A stretch of DNA of 63,524 nucleotides, filler included, from Dirinaria sp. TL-2023a (taxonomy: Eukaryota): NCBI GenBank assembly GCA_051941275.1. It is 7 parts of 7 records of this genome, joined end to end, with 100 filler letters (N's around TTAATTAATTAA, not from the genome) between each part and the next. Parts side by side here need not be neighbours in the genome. Positions count along the whole stretch, not along the records: positions 36,395 to 45,375 come from JAVEBF010001110.1; positions 45,476 to 54,454 come from JAVEBF010001111.1; 5 more parts are not named here. One strand, given 5' to 3'. The notes below the pieces were generated by a model. That model was not told the DNA's origin, did not search any database, and saw nothing but the letters and a program-made list of their open reading frames with translations. This document shows, in pieces, positions 36,395 through 48,838 of this stretch (position 1 is the stretch's first letter; each line of letters starts with the position of its first letter). Both the position numbers and the translations under genes were made by a program.

Positions 36395-38142
36395 CGCAAA
36401 AAGAGGGCGATATTCAAACATCTGCAGTGCAGCCGCTGCCAGCAGTAGGGAAGATTCCACAGTCTGGGGCGCATCAAGCTTCAACGCTTTTACTTCAAAT
36501 GATCCCCTATAGACCGATCCCATCAAATCCTGCCAACCTTGATCTGTCGGGCCAACTCATCACCTTGGGCTCTGGCGGTGATACCGGCCTCACAAATGAT
36601 ACTAAACCCGCAATGGAAGAAGCTACGAAGAGTGTCCGTTTGTTGTTAGACAAGTGGACGACATCAGGTTCTGGCCCTGTTGCTGGCTTGTTGGACGAAC
36701 AACAAACTAAGGACGATTACAAGGAGTAAGGACCACACGGTTCGCCATTGGAAAACGCTAATTTACCTGAGCTTCTTAGAGAGAGAAAAAATTCATACGA
36801 CCGAAACCGCCCCAGGCAATCTTATGGTGGAGCCCAAAGAGCGTCATATCCACCGCCAGATCATTTTTGGGACGATGATTTAGGCAAAGATGACTATTTC
36901 CCATCGTATCACCGTCCCTCTCCTCACGTACCAAGCTACATGCCACCACACGAGTCTCATCACCCGCAATATCATCCGGACCATGAGCCTTCATTTAGAA
37001 CAACGAATCCACCAACCATGGATGTTTGGAAAGCTCCCTATGTTCCACGATGGCAGAACACGGGACACATTCAGGACTTCTTCTTGAAGGCAGTTCGTTC
37101 CACTGGAGGCGGCATACTGTATACGAAACGGAATGACTTCCAATGTTTGCAATATGTCGATCAGCGCGTAGTATGTAGACTCCGTTTGGTACCTCCGTGG
37201 CTGATTCCCTCTGGTGAGCCAGAAGTCCTATTCACTGAGATAGGCAAAGGCTGGGTACGTCAGGAGGTTCTCGATCTCCTTGGGCTTAGATATAGTGAGA
37301 CCCAAACCGGGCAATTCTGCGTCTCTGGCAATCTCGATTTTGTGGGCTGAACGTCTTCGAATCGTGGAGAATTGATGTTGCTAACGGTGTGTCAGAACGA
37401 GATTGAGGAGCTCGTAAGGCTTTCTTACCAAGGCTATTATCGAATCTTGGAAAAGCTTTCAGGTCAGACGATTGACGAGCGAGGTTGGCGGCAAGCAGTC
37501 GATGCTCTCAAGCAGGAGGTGCCGATCACAGAACCTAGAGCACCTTATACAACCCCTCCCTCGTTTCAGTACTGGACACACCCATACCCGGAATACCAGC
37601 GTGTGCAAGTTCGCAGAGAATCCCCACCCTTTAATTGGGACACTGTGTACTATCCTTCAAGCTCTATTCCACCTCCTGACCTCTCAAGCTTCCCCCCACC
37701 ACCACCAGCTCAAAATATAGATCCTGAGAGGAAAGCGACTAGAGTTGACCGTACAAAAGAAGGCCAACCGACGCGTGCAGAGCTTAGATATACTCTTCCA
37801 CAAAGAATTCCGGCCTTCAGCTCCCCTGCCGTCGAGGTGCTGCCTGGCTCTGCATCTAAAACGAGCACCAACACACTGGACCTCCAACAAGCGCGGGATA
37901 AGCTCGAGCAGCTCATAAAGAAGAGGGATGAAGCCGAAAAAGCGAAAAATACCACTGTTGCCTCCGATCTCACTTATTACGCCATTCCGGACATGAGAAA
38001 GCGCATTGAAGAGATGGAGCGTGGCATGCAAGAAGACAAGAAACCGGATGCCGATCAACCACCAGCTCGTTCGCGGCCCGCTGAGATCGAAACGGACGGC
38101 AGCGGGTCAAGCGACGAGAGCGCTCCGGATCTGTATGAGTAA
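36395..38142 (+). CDS. Hypothetical protein (5' truncated) ending in an Hsp104/ClpB middle-domain-like coiled coil
   Basis: Three ORF segments joined by GT..AG introns (about 36726-36779 and 37342-37395); Pro/His/Tyr-rich linkers; C-terminal LQQARDKLEQL...ASDLTYYAIPDMRKRIEEME. Confidence 0.7.
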
Positions 38143-40178
38143 TGACGGCGTCAAAAAGTGCATACAACAATTCAGCTTATAATCCTCGATCTGAACGAAG
38201 ACGTCAACAGACATAACACAAGAATTCTTTTCAAATTTAAGAATGTCAGAAAGAAATGTCAACGTTTCTCAGTCGATGCAGCAGTGCGTTTCGATGTCTA
38301 TGGGAGCATGATCCCTCCTCGAAAGGCATTCTCGGTGCTGGTTTCTGCACAGAAAAAAGACTTTTGCGCATTGAATAAAAGACTGCTCAGCGCTTGATTT
38401 CTAGACCGTCTTGCTAGTGGCTTTCGCGCTGATACTTTTTGGCTACCATGGAGTACAATATCAATGGTGGCAGTAAAGCAGGTTAATATCGACATGTATC
38501 GCCTCTGGAGAGTCCTCTTCAAAATAATGTTATTTTTCCTAGCCTACTTTTCCCAGGCGAAAGTTAATCTTCCATTAGCATTATTAGGCATAAATAATTA
38601 AGAGATTATATACAATGCCTTCAGTTCCTCGCAACACTCCAAACCACGATATAGTCTGCAGCGGACAGACGTTCTACATAGTCAATTGTCCCGGTCTTCA
38701 CTCTCACAATTATCTTATCAACTCAGATCTCTGTTTCTATGGCATACCATATTCTGCATGCGCAGATCGATCTCTGAAAAACACCGCACTTAAATATCAT
38801 GCATAGTGTTCTGCGTGCTCTCAACGAGAACTCATTATTCAAAAATCTCGTCATCTCGTGTCAACTCGACGAAATATACTTTCGCGACGATTATCTTGGT
38901 ATTAGATATATCTTTCGCTAGCTAGTGAGTGAGGTGATAAATCAGTCGCTTTAATGCGCATTGATTGCTCGAGTTGATTCATCCTTGTTCCGGCCCCAGA
39001 TTTTGCAAGAATGTCGATTCTTCAGAGGTGTGAAAAAAAGGAAAACCATGATTTTGAGATCTCTCGCAAAAGAACTAAATTCAGCTGACATTGACACATA
39101 TAACGTCAACAGAACCATGACACCGGGTGGTACACTGTTAGTCAATTGATCACAGAGGTTGATTTTCTCATGTACGTGTGGAGAGTCTCGATCGACTCAC
39201 TTCATGGAGAATACCCACCTCCACGTCGTATGATCGTTGATCAATCCACCAAGTATCGAGCCTAGAATGACTGAGAAAGCATAAGCCGACGATAGAGTTG
39301 TAGATAGAGATGCCAGACGATCCTTAAAGACCATCTCAAGACTCACCACAAAGACAAGAGAATAGATTCCTTCCCCTCCGATACCTTGAAAAGCTCTCAG
39401 AGCAACGCTACGAAGTTGTTATTGCCCGAGCCTGCTATAAATTGCTGATTGCTGACGTACAGATCTGTAAGTTTCCGTGCTGCTTCACAAGCACCGGAAA
39501 AGGCTGTGAAGAGAAAGACGAAATAAGACTGAGACAAGAGACATGGCCCCCTTCCCAAAAAGAACGAAGTAATCAAGACGAGCTCCGTTGAATAGATTGA
39601 TATTTGATTCTTACATTCGACACACACAAAAAAAAAACAACCAAACGTATGATAGAAAGCCTTCGAAAAAGAAGCTGATGAGAAACCCCCAAAAGTTGCT
39701 AGCTTTTTACCGCTTCCAAACCATGAGATGAAAGAAACGTGAGCGATCGATTTGGTTTGATTTGTCTATCAGCAGTCTATCGCAGATGAATCTACTTATT
39801 CAGTACTCCGATCTTATATACAAACATTATAGCTATCAAAAACAAACGCGGCAAAGGAAAATGGAAGGAGCTGCGTCGCTGTATTTCCACAAAGGGTAGC
39901 GTTTGTATAGCTTGTCATGATCACTATGTAGCTTATCCAGCATCTTTTTCTCTTTTTTTCTGTTCCCAAAGAAAACCAATCTCAAGAAGTCGTAAGTCGT
40001 CTCTCGGCTCTACTGATGAGACTGACTTTCGCAGTCAGCCTGGCCTACCTAGGCCTGATTCAAGTTTCTATGACGTAGATACCTCCTCACTCTTTGCACG
40101 GCTTAGTTGGCGCTTCGTACTCCAAAACAAAAAAAAAAAAAAAAAAAAAAAAAAAAAGCAGCATTTTCTCAGGGAAAT

Positions 40179-40881
40179 GTGTACGAAGATCGGTCTCGGA
40201 GTAGGTAGACCAACAAAAATAACACACTTCGCTGGTTTTTGTAGTGTTCAGATTGTGAACACGATCGCAGAGGTATTTTCCAGCTGCCAACAATCGCAGA
40301 AATGGACGAGCCGAATGAAGCTTGCTATAAAGTTGAGGAGGTCGTATAGGAACGTGGCTTTTGGTGCGAGCTTCTACTTGACCTCGAGCGGAAACTGCTA
40401 GACGAGGGGGGTGGGTGCGATGAACATGACGAGTCTGTCGATGATGTTCGGAATGGCGAGGGAGTCTGTGATGGATTAATAAATAGCTTAGGCATTGTCT
40501 TCCCGGGATCGATCTGTCTCATGCGATTTTGATTGGTGGAAATTGGAGGAAGGCTAGGAACATGTAGGTGGCGTCAAGCGTGATGATGATCGAGGCGCAG
40601 ATTCCGAGGGTAAGTGCCTAGACGCGCTTCGGGGCTGTGAAGACGTGAAGGTAGCTTAAGAGCATTGATAGCCTGGAGGTGATGATCGAGTGGGCATAGA
40701 GAGCTTTGAAGACTATGAAAGCCTTGTTGGCGTTTTGGGGGTAATGCGTTATGAGAGTGTTAGATTGGATCATAGCTTCGATGTATGAGACTGGGTGGGA
40801 ACTGTTAGCTGTTTGGTATGTAAGGCCGGCTCGAATCTTGGGGGATGGCATACATGCAATTGCTAATGCGCAGAGTGTCAT
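40179..40881 (-). pseudogene. PTH11-like (fungal rhodopsin-domain) GPCR pseudogene
   Basis: Conceptual translation keeps family motifs SRLSMLLSYLHVF, FLQFPPIKIA*DRSIPGRQC, AIPNIIDRLVMFIAPTPLV*QFPLEVK*KLA, FIASFIRL and I*TLQKPA..VIFVGLPTPRPIF, with five in-frame stops and a frameshift. Confidence 0.8.
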
Positions 40882-42799
40882 TGAGAAAACCTTGTTCTAA
40901 TATCAAGAGTCGAACTCCGCTTTCAGATGCTTGACTGACTATTGCCAAAAGAAGCACGTACTTACCTGCTCCTAAATTCGCTTTCTATGGTCAGCTAGCA
41001 AACATTCACCAAGTGATCAAGGGTATATGTATGAAGACAAGCATAATTTTAGCGATGACTAGTTGATACTTATTGTGAGTCGAGGCATCCATAGCGCTAG
41101 ATATCAGCATCAAGCAGTTGACGCTCAAGCAGTGACTAGGGGAACTGACTATACAGAGACTTCTAGTTCAAAAATAAGAAGAAAATTGTACGTTCACATA
41201 GACATGAAGAAATTTAGTACAAGAGAAACGGGTCTGATCAGATATTCTCAGGAAGAAGTTATACTTAATACTTGGCATAACGTTCTCCCTTGAATTTCAG
41301 TCGCATCGCAGTCAGTACGGACGCAGCGGAGGAGGAACTTGACTGAATGATATCATCAGCATCATCTGACAAGAGATATTGTACTTCTGATGTCATATGC
41401 TGCGTTGAGCGACATCGATTGAGACAAAATTAGAAGTTCTACTAAAATGTTGTGGATAAGAAGTTGTTGAAAGAGACATTTTATGTGTCGCAAAGATAAA
41501 GAGATTGATTAGGCAACGGGCACTAGGCTTTTTTGTCAAAGATCGTATCAGATACATACATCGCGAGACTCCTGAATCGCTAGTGAGAACTAGTATCATG
41601 GAATCGTGATGCAGAACTCGACTCGGAGGATGAACTTCAAGAATTTTCGTTGTGCATAGATGCAGCTCTCATGGCGCTTCGTTGCAGCTTTGCGAAGTGA
41701 GTGATTGACTCTCATTGAGGACTAGCGATTTAGCTACAGATTCATAGCTCATCTTATACAAGTTCTTCGAGCTATCGCGTCATATCGTGGTCCAGAACTC
41801 GGATGTAATACTCTCTGAAGCATAAGAAGCCGACTTCAGGTTACACATTCCATGTCGCTGCGTTAATCACGGCACATGGTAGACATCGAAGTAAAGCCTT
41901 CATATTCTGTGGATAACGATCAATGAAAAATATCTTCCTATTTGTCGGCCTTACTCTTAAGGCTTAAGTGTCTTGAATAAATCGAACAAGGAATGCAAGC
42001 CGAGTCGAGGTAACAAAAGAGGGGGTAACAAGATTGATTCTTCTGTGTACTTGTAGCAGATTTCCAACTAATAATATCTTCAAAATTCGGCGGCGGAGTT
42101 TTCTGATTCTGCTATCGCATACGAAAGACCCACATCGGCACTGATTCACAAAGCTCACAAAGACTGAGCTCAGCTGTCAGTGTGCGCCCGAATCTGTTCT
42201 GCAAAGTCTGGACACTAACTTTTGTAAGACTATCATGAAGCATGAAGTCGGTTTCCCAATACAATAGTGTTTCTTGAGTAATGGTCTGCATCATTGGTCC
42301 GCAGCTTTCGAACGAATAACAACAGAACCGTCACTAGTGAAACTTCGTTTCGAATGGACGTCCAACACCCCCGAACGCCCAAGTGTATCTACGCTTAAGG
42401 CCTTCGCGTTCCGGGGTATAGGCATGGCCAAACCTTTAGATGGTGGAAGGTATTTTGGTGGGGTGCAAAATTTCTCATAACCCTAACCCTCCCAAGAAAG
42501 TAGGTGACCCAAGCGAGCCAAGAAAGGGGGTGAATAAGGTAAGGTAGATACAAGTATCCGGCGCTAATCCCTATCGGGCATGCTCTCCGCAACACACTAA
42601 GGCATGAAAAATCCACAACATTGTGCCTACCTTGTGAAAAGCAGTCAGTGGTTGGCCGGTAACGTGAGGTAGGTACCTATGTTCCATACTTTATGTATGA
42701 ACTTGGCTTGCTAGGTAACCTAACCGGCGCATCCCCTAGTCGCTTTGCTCGTGGTTCTCTCAGTGCGGGCATCCACGCCGTATCTTAATGTCTGCTTGG

Positions 42800-43084
42800 C
42801 TCCCTGTTTGCAAGAAAAACCGGACACTATCCCCAATAGAGTGCGCGCGCCACACACCACCAATTTCCTATGCGCTTTCCAGCTTTCTTTTTCTTTCACA
42901 TAAGGTAGCTTTAACATCATCATGACGTATGCTTTTTTTGAATGCCTAGAAGATAGGTTATAGGATGTATAATGTAGATGCTATTATAAAAGAAGAAAGC
43001 TGGAAAGCGCATAGGAATTTGGTGGTGTGTGGCGCGCGCGCACTCTATTGGGGATAGTGTCCGGTTTTTCTTGCAAACAGGGAG
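42800..43084. mobile_element. MITE-like non-autonomous element, 285 bp, ~90-bp terminal inverted repeats, CTTGG direct repeat on both sides
   Basis: 42800-42889 is the reverse complement of about 42993-43084 (one substitution, one GC indel). AT-rich ~100-bp interior. CTTGG at 42795-42799 and 43085-43089. Confidence 0.85.
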
Positions 43085-44583
43085 CTTGGTTACCTTATGT
43101 CCGTTCCACCCACTAATTATTAGCGGTGTCGGACTGAGCAGGGTTTATTATGTGGCTGGGCCCGCTGGGCTGACAGGTTCGTTCCCACGGCTGTGTGTCT
43201 GGGCACCGAAACGTCCCACGGTCGCAGGCTCTCTCAGTCATGTGACCTTAGGAAGATTCGAGCTATGATCGATGCCGACCATGGTTGCCACACCGGCATC
43301 TTCTCTTCTCAATGGGCTTTGGGCATTCGCACATTGGCCAAATGGCCGAATGCACTCAATTCAGAAGGTTGAAACGAGCGTAGAGGCATCTCTATGAGAA
43401 TTTCCAGTATAGCTCCTAAGATTCAATCATATGTGGGTTTGATGAGGTGTAAGACAGGTGCCAAAAGGTCGAGCTTTTGAGCTTTCTCTCTAATACTTGT
43501 CTATCCGAGTAGTCCGAGATCTTACGTTCGGGATTGGCGATCTCTCATTCGCTGCACAGCCTCCATCGCGTCACAAGAGATCCGAAGAGAGCCCGACGTA
43601 CGGAGGTCGACGCCATAAGTCCTGGCTAGCGCGGTCAATGCTACAGGGACCACCTAATATTATCACCCGAGCGTTCCAATTTGCTACCCAGGCTCTGCAA
43701 AGTCTACCTTTAGCTACCTGGACGACTGGTCTTGGCGTACATGACGCTAGCCAGGAATTATGGCGTCGACCTCCGTAAGGTCGCCCGACGTAAGGTCCCG
43801 TTGTGTCTGAGTCTCAGAGGTGGGGGGATGAAAGTAAAGTGATTGTTTTCCGCCAAATCACAACCTACATTATTATTACCTTACCTTATTTCTGGCATCT
43901 CTTTGCACTCAACTCCTTTGCACGTACTTATACTTTCTCTCATTCTCCACTTTTGGGACAACATCTCCGTGTACACTTTGCACATACTCAGCTGCTGCTA
44001 CGTACATTTCTATAGACATCGTCACTGCTCTGGAGGAGCCAGCAGCCCAGACAGTGGGAAGCTGCCAGTGACATCATATTTTGATTCCTTCCTCCACTGT
44101 CCACCCCACCAAGACACCTCTCTCACCAATACAGTTCGCGAACACCACCACCACCACCAACATTCTTCGCTTTGGGTTTCCGCTGCAGATATTAGCCTTT
44201 CGCGATCGATATACTACATAGATCAAGCGCTCGTAAGCATCTCGGTCGTTATCCCTTCTCCTTGGACACCTCTAACCTTCCTTGAACATAGGCACATTTC
44301 CAATCTACCAAAGACCAATTAGATCCTACTTTAACGTCGCCCAACATCCTTTTCCCTCCTCCTTATCAACCAAGCCGTGACTAGTCAGAGCGAAGGGAGA
44401 AACAACTGTATTTCTTTGCCCGCCTTCGGTCGAAGTCATAGTAAGACCTTCCCTACTCGATACGCGATCACATGGTAGTGGATGTTTGCAGCGAGCAGGA
44501 TGGGGTTGGGGACCCTACGCTGCAGCTTCCGATACGGCCATAAGGCCGCGGGACATGTCACCGTGCTGACAACGGTGTTGCAG

Positions 44584-45247
44584 AATACCCGCTTCGACTC
44601 CTTCACGCCTTCTTCCGCACCCTTCTCGCCTTACTCGCAAACGAAGACAGCGCCATGCAAGTCTCCAAAACCGGTGATGTATCGCCATTGGACGAGGGGT
44701 TTGCCGATATTGTCGCTCTACTTACCGTGGTCTTCACATTGTCCACGAGGGTATGGCCAGAGTATTTCGAAAACACGACCATGTCGGTATCCCTGCTTTT
44801 CTTTTCGACTCTCGGTGTATATTATGTCCTCCCGGACATTGCAACTTCGAACGCTCTTCTTCTCAGGTATGTCATCCGGACCTCTCGCTGGAGCAATGGC
44901 TGATGATTGCTTAGCATTTTGCTGCTCCAGTTCAATCTCTGCCTATTCTTGGTGAGAGGCCGTCACCAAATAACACCCGGCCACCACTATACGATGAGCA
45001 TCCAGTAAGCTTGTGTCTCTTTGAACGGCCAACGGAGATGTTACTGATTTGCTGCAGTTATTACCCTCCTATAATGATCCTGACATTCGTCCTGGCTTAC
45101 TTCGTAAGTTCGCCGACGATGTATAGCGACAGCACGCAATTACAGTGGCTCCCATTTACGGTCCCATATTTAGGGGTCAGTGTATTGCTCTTCTTCTATA
45201 TTTCATTTGTTCAAGCTTCACGGACCGGGCCACTCCTTCCCACATAA
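44584..45247 (+). CDS. Hypothetical multi-pass membrane protein (spliced, 5' end unresolved)
   Basis: Hydrophobic exons in frame across GT..AG introns with CTGAC/CTGAT branch sites: ...FADIVALLTVVFTL...SVSLLFFSTLGVYYVL...ILLLQFNLCLFLV...PPIMILTFVLAYFV...PYLGVSVLLFFYISFVQ...PT*. No family recognised. Confidence 0.45.
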
Positions 45248-45375
45248 ACAGGCGAGTGATGGACTATCTGGAATCTATAGCAAAAGCTTTAGGAAAAAGT
45301 TCTCGCCATTGTTTAATTTCGTCGATAAGGTGGCGAGCAACCTAGTGTAGGTCCGTTAAGACTGGTCCTGGCATC

Positions 45376-45475
45376 NNNNNNNNNNNNNNNNNNNNNNNNN
45401 NNNNNNNNNNNNNNNNNNNTTAATTAATTAANNNNNNNNNNNNNNNNNNNNNNNNNNNNNNNNNNNNNNNNNNNN
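45376..45475. other. Artificial contig spacer
   Basis: N44-TTAATTAATTAA-N44. Confidence 0.99.
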
Positions 45476-47476
45476 ATATGCACAACTGTCAGGCGGGTTC
45501 ATCCACAGCCGTCGCGTACACATACTGCATAGATATCGGTCACTTTTTGAAAATTATACCTTATTTCCCCTCCAGCTTCTACTATGTGTGCTATGGTATG
45601 GCGACGACGTCGTGCACACGAAGGAGGGCAGTAAGGTAGGATCCCTGGCGCTGCTGCTGGCACACGAGACCATCCAACGCGAGACTAAGCAGACCAACAC
45701 ATCCAACACATCCCATCCCATCCCTTCATGTGATCGGCTGAGTATCGAGTAGAATAATAGAGTAGCGATAGACAAATGAGACTGCCTGCTGTAGAGTGTG
45801 TGCTCGAGGTACCTTACCTCTGACTCATCCACAGCACACAACACCACTCGGCGGTGGCTCGGGTTCCGCCCGGGTCCGACGCTTGCTCCTACCAATGGAA
45901 CTGCGTGTTTGGACCAGAGTTAACGCCAAGTTTTCCTTCCACCGATCGTGGTGAGTGGTGACGGATTTTGTGTGAAAAGTTTCTTCTTGTAGTAGAAGTC
46001 AGAGACGAACCGACCTTGGCGAGGTCCCTTAGTAGTTCCCCAGAACCGTTCTGAGCGTACATAAGCCGGTCGAGCGGGTTTGAAACCGAAACCCCTAACT
46101 CCGGGCTTGGCATGTTAAAAAGAACGGCAGCATTATTTACTAAAGTCAGGTGAAAAAGGACCAGCTTCCCACTAATTATTGCCTCACACCGCTTTCTTGG
46201 CCTTTGCATCAGTCAGCAATTAGTCCAGATATGTATCTAACTAGGTAAGTACCTTATGAAGTCTACTTGAACATGTGATTCGGCTTTGAAGCCGGACTAT
46301 AAACAGAAAATTGTCTATCAGATTTCTAACGTAAGCAACGATAAGAATGAAGGTTTAGCATGCTAGATCTGAGATCGCTCCACTTACTATGCAATACTGC
46401 CTTACTAGTATTACTGCGGCTATAGAACAAGTCAGAGCATGGCTTGGCCACTTTGAGTATCAAGAATAAACATCGGGCAGAGTTCACCCGTCTCCTTTGA
46501 AGTGAGGTCTTGGGTGGTTGATAGCTCGATTTGGTCAAAGGACCGGTGGTAAGCTGATTTTATCTTTAGTGCTACAGAGGAGTCTCTTGTACAGTCGTGT
46601 AGTCCTCTTTGTAGATGGAATGCCAAATGCATTGATTCTCTGAAGCTCAAGTGGACTAAGAGTCTGATCCAAAACATAACAAGTGATTGTATGAAGCGAG
46701 TGTTTGCTACAGCTTGGAAGTGGAGTACTATCCATCTCCGCGGTGATATTCATGATTGTAATAATTTCTTGAACAAGCTTTTGAATGAACCATCAGGTCC
46801 AGATTATCCTGAATTGTTTTTCACTGTGTTCATTAAGTCTCCTTTCGGCTCTGAACCATCTTTTCTAACCGTGACTTAACGCGTTGAGGTCTTCCTACAA
46901 TATTGTCAATTTTCTTCAGCATTGACTAGCAGACAGGGAGTATTTGGTAGGTACTCTGCGAAGAACTTTGATCGTTATGTGTAGTGAAGACCTCCAAAAC
47001 GGAAATCTTCGAGTTTTGGCCTTCCCGACACTGCTTCCCGAGTTTTGTGGGGGCTTGCGAAAGTTCTTCAATGGTGTTGGCTTCTTGACGGCAGATAAGG
47101 ATATTGCCCGTGGACGCCATACCGGATTTTAATGCCGTCATAAAAATCCATTCAGGACACGGAGAAGCTAGATGAGAGACCAATGAGACCTGCCCAGGCT
47201 ACCGCCGAAGGTTTTGATTTAATAATGATTTGATAGCTTAGCAACTGGTATATCGTGGTTAATTGGAACTTGGCCATATTAGAAATGTTTAGTGTGACCA
47301 ACATATTTTTGCCAATTTGCCAAGTCTTTGCGAAATGTGGCAGCAATATAATTAGGTAAGCTCTAATTACTCTTTTCGGATCGGGCACATACGATGGCTT
47401 ACTCGTCTATTGCGAGACTTTAACTCAACGGCGACTCAGACGAAGTATGTGACTGACCGATCGGCATAGATTGCTG

Positions 47477-48512
47477 TCAATCATAGGGTGTATATCTGTC
47501 GACACGGGACTGTTTGTTCCTTAAATTGGGATTCTGTGTCGTATTTCGGTATCCCGATACTCTTTCGCGTCGTAACTCAAGCTCGCCAGCAGCGCCATGT
47601 GAGTTGCCTGATGTAGGCAATGCTTCGAGAGGTGCATTGTACTGTACATGGCGATCCCAATCCTCCAAAGAGCTATAAGGACTCCTGAGCCAAGCTCTGA
47701 GCTCGTGAAGGAAAAGCCGAGTGTTATCTTTGCCCAGGAAGTCCGACAGCATATCCTCGGCTTGTCCTCCGCTACCCTTAACATTGACTGTCCTGAGTAT
47801 GGCCACAATGTATTCAAGTAAGAACTCGGCGTTATTGGCCTTTCTTGGAACGTTGTTTCCTTCTTCAGCATTCAAGTGTTCAAATACTTGCAATTCCCGT
47901 CTTATCCACTTGCGCGCTCGTGACATAAGCTCTTGATCTTGGACAAACAGCTGAGGCGTAAGATCTCGAAAACGGGACAGGCGATTGGAGCCCACGTGCA
48001 AGGAATAAAGCTGTTGGCGATAGACTACCCTCCTTCGACGAAGAGCTACGTCAGCACCTATCGATCCGCTTGATCGAGTTATTCTATGAGCGTGGCTGAC
48101 GGGCCTCTGGCGACGATATCCGAACGTCCTGTGGGCTGTAGAAGTCACAGATTGGTCCCGCGGGACGCTTTTAGTAGATCTAACTGTATAGCTCTTAAAG
48201 TCCTGAGGTGATCTCCAGTCATACTCGACAGAACGAATCTCGGTTTTACCTGCTTATGCATTAGAATCGCTGATCATCGGCGGATGAAGACCACTGACAT
48301 AATGGGCAGGTCGAGTGCTCCTGTAGCCAGCTCACGAGGCAAAGAAAGTCGAAGCTGCAGTGACTGCAAGGAGAGGTTATAGCTCGCTCTGAGATGGGTT
48401 CTAAACAGATAACACAAGGATCAAGTGAGGGATGGCACTCCCTATTTTTTGTTCTTGCCTCCTCGAGCGTACTCGCCAGCAATTTTTGCTCAATGCTTAC
48501 GCTCGTGTCCAT
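47477..48512 (-). CDS. RING-finger E3 ubiquitin ligase (Topors-like fungal family)
   Basis: [40 protein letters not shown]; second exon [60 protein letters not shown]. Confidence 0.85.
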
Positions 48513-48838
48513 TCGTTGCGCGGCGAATGAACGTTCCAATATTGCGACCTCAGCTTTGAATGTGCATGCAACAACGAAGGTACCTTACGGTGTACATGAA
48601 ATGAAATCTCGCGTTATGCCTCTTTGGGCGGCTTGGCGATGTTTGGCGTAGTGTAGAATACTGAAGCTATTAGATGCTAAGTCTCATATTGATACCCTGG
48701 TTAAATCAACGGTTCTTTCTTGTAGAATCCTTTGAGACTCAGAGTTGGATTTCCATGTGGAACATGTAAACTCAGGCTTTGTCTCCTCATAACTCTTGAA
48801 AAACCTCCTTGCTGCCGCCAGGGCTTTCTCATGACGCG

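Noticed and set aside
45476..47400. Scattered 60-110 aa ORFs, possible gene or TE relic
   Set aside because: No recognisable motifs or consistent splice pattern.
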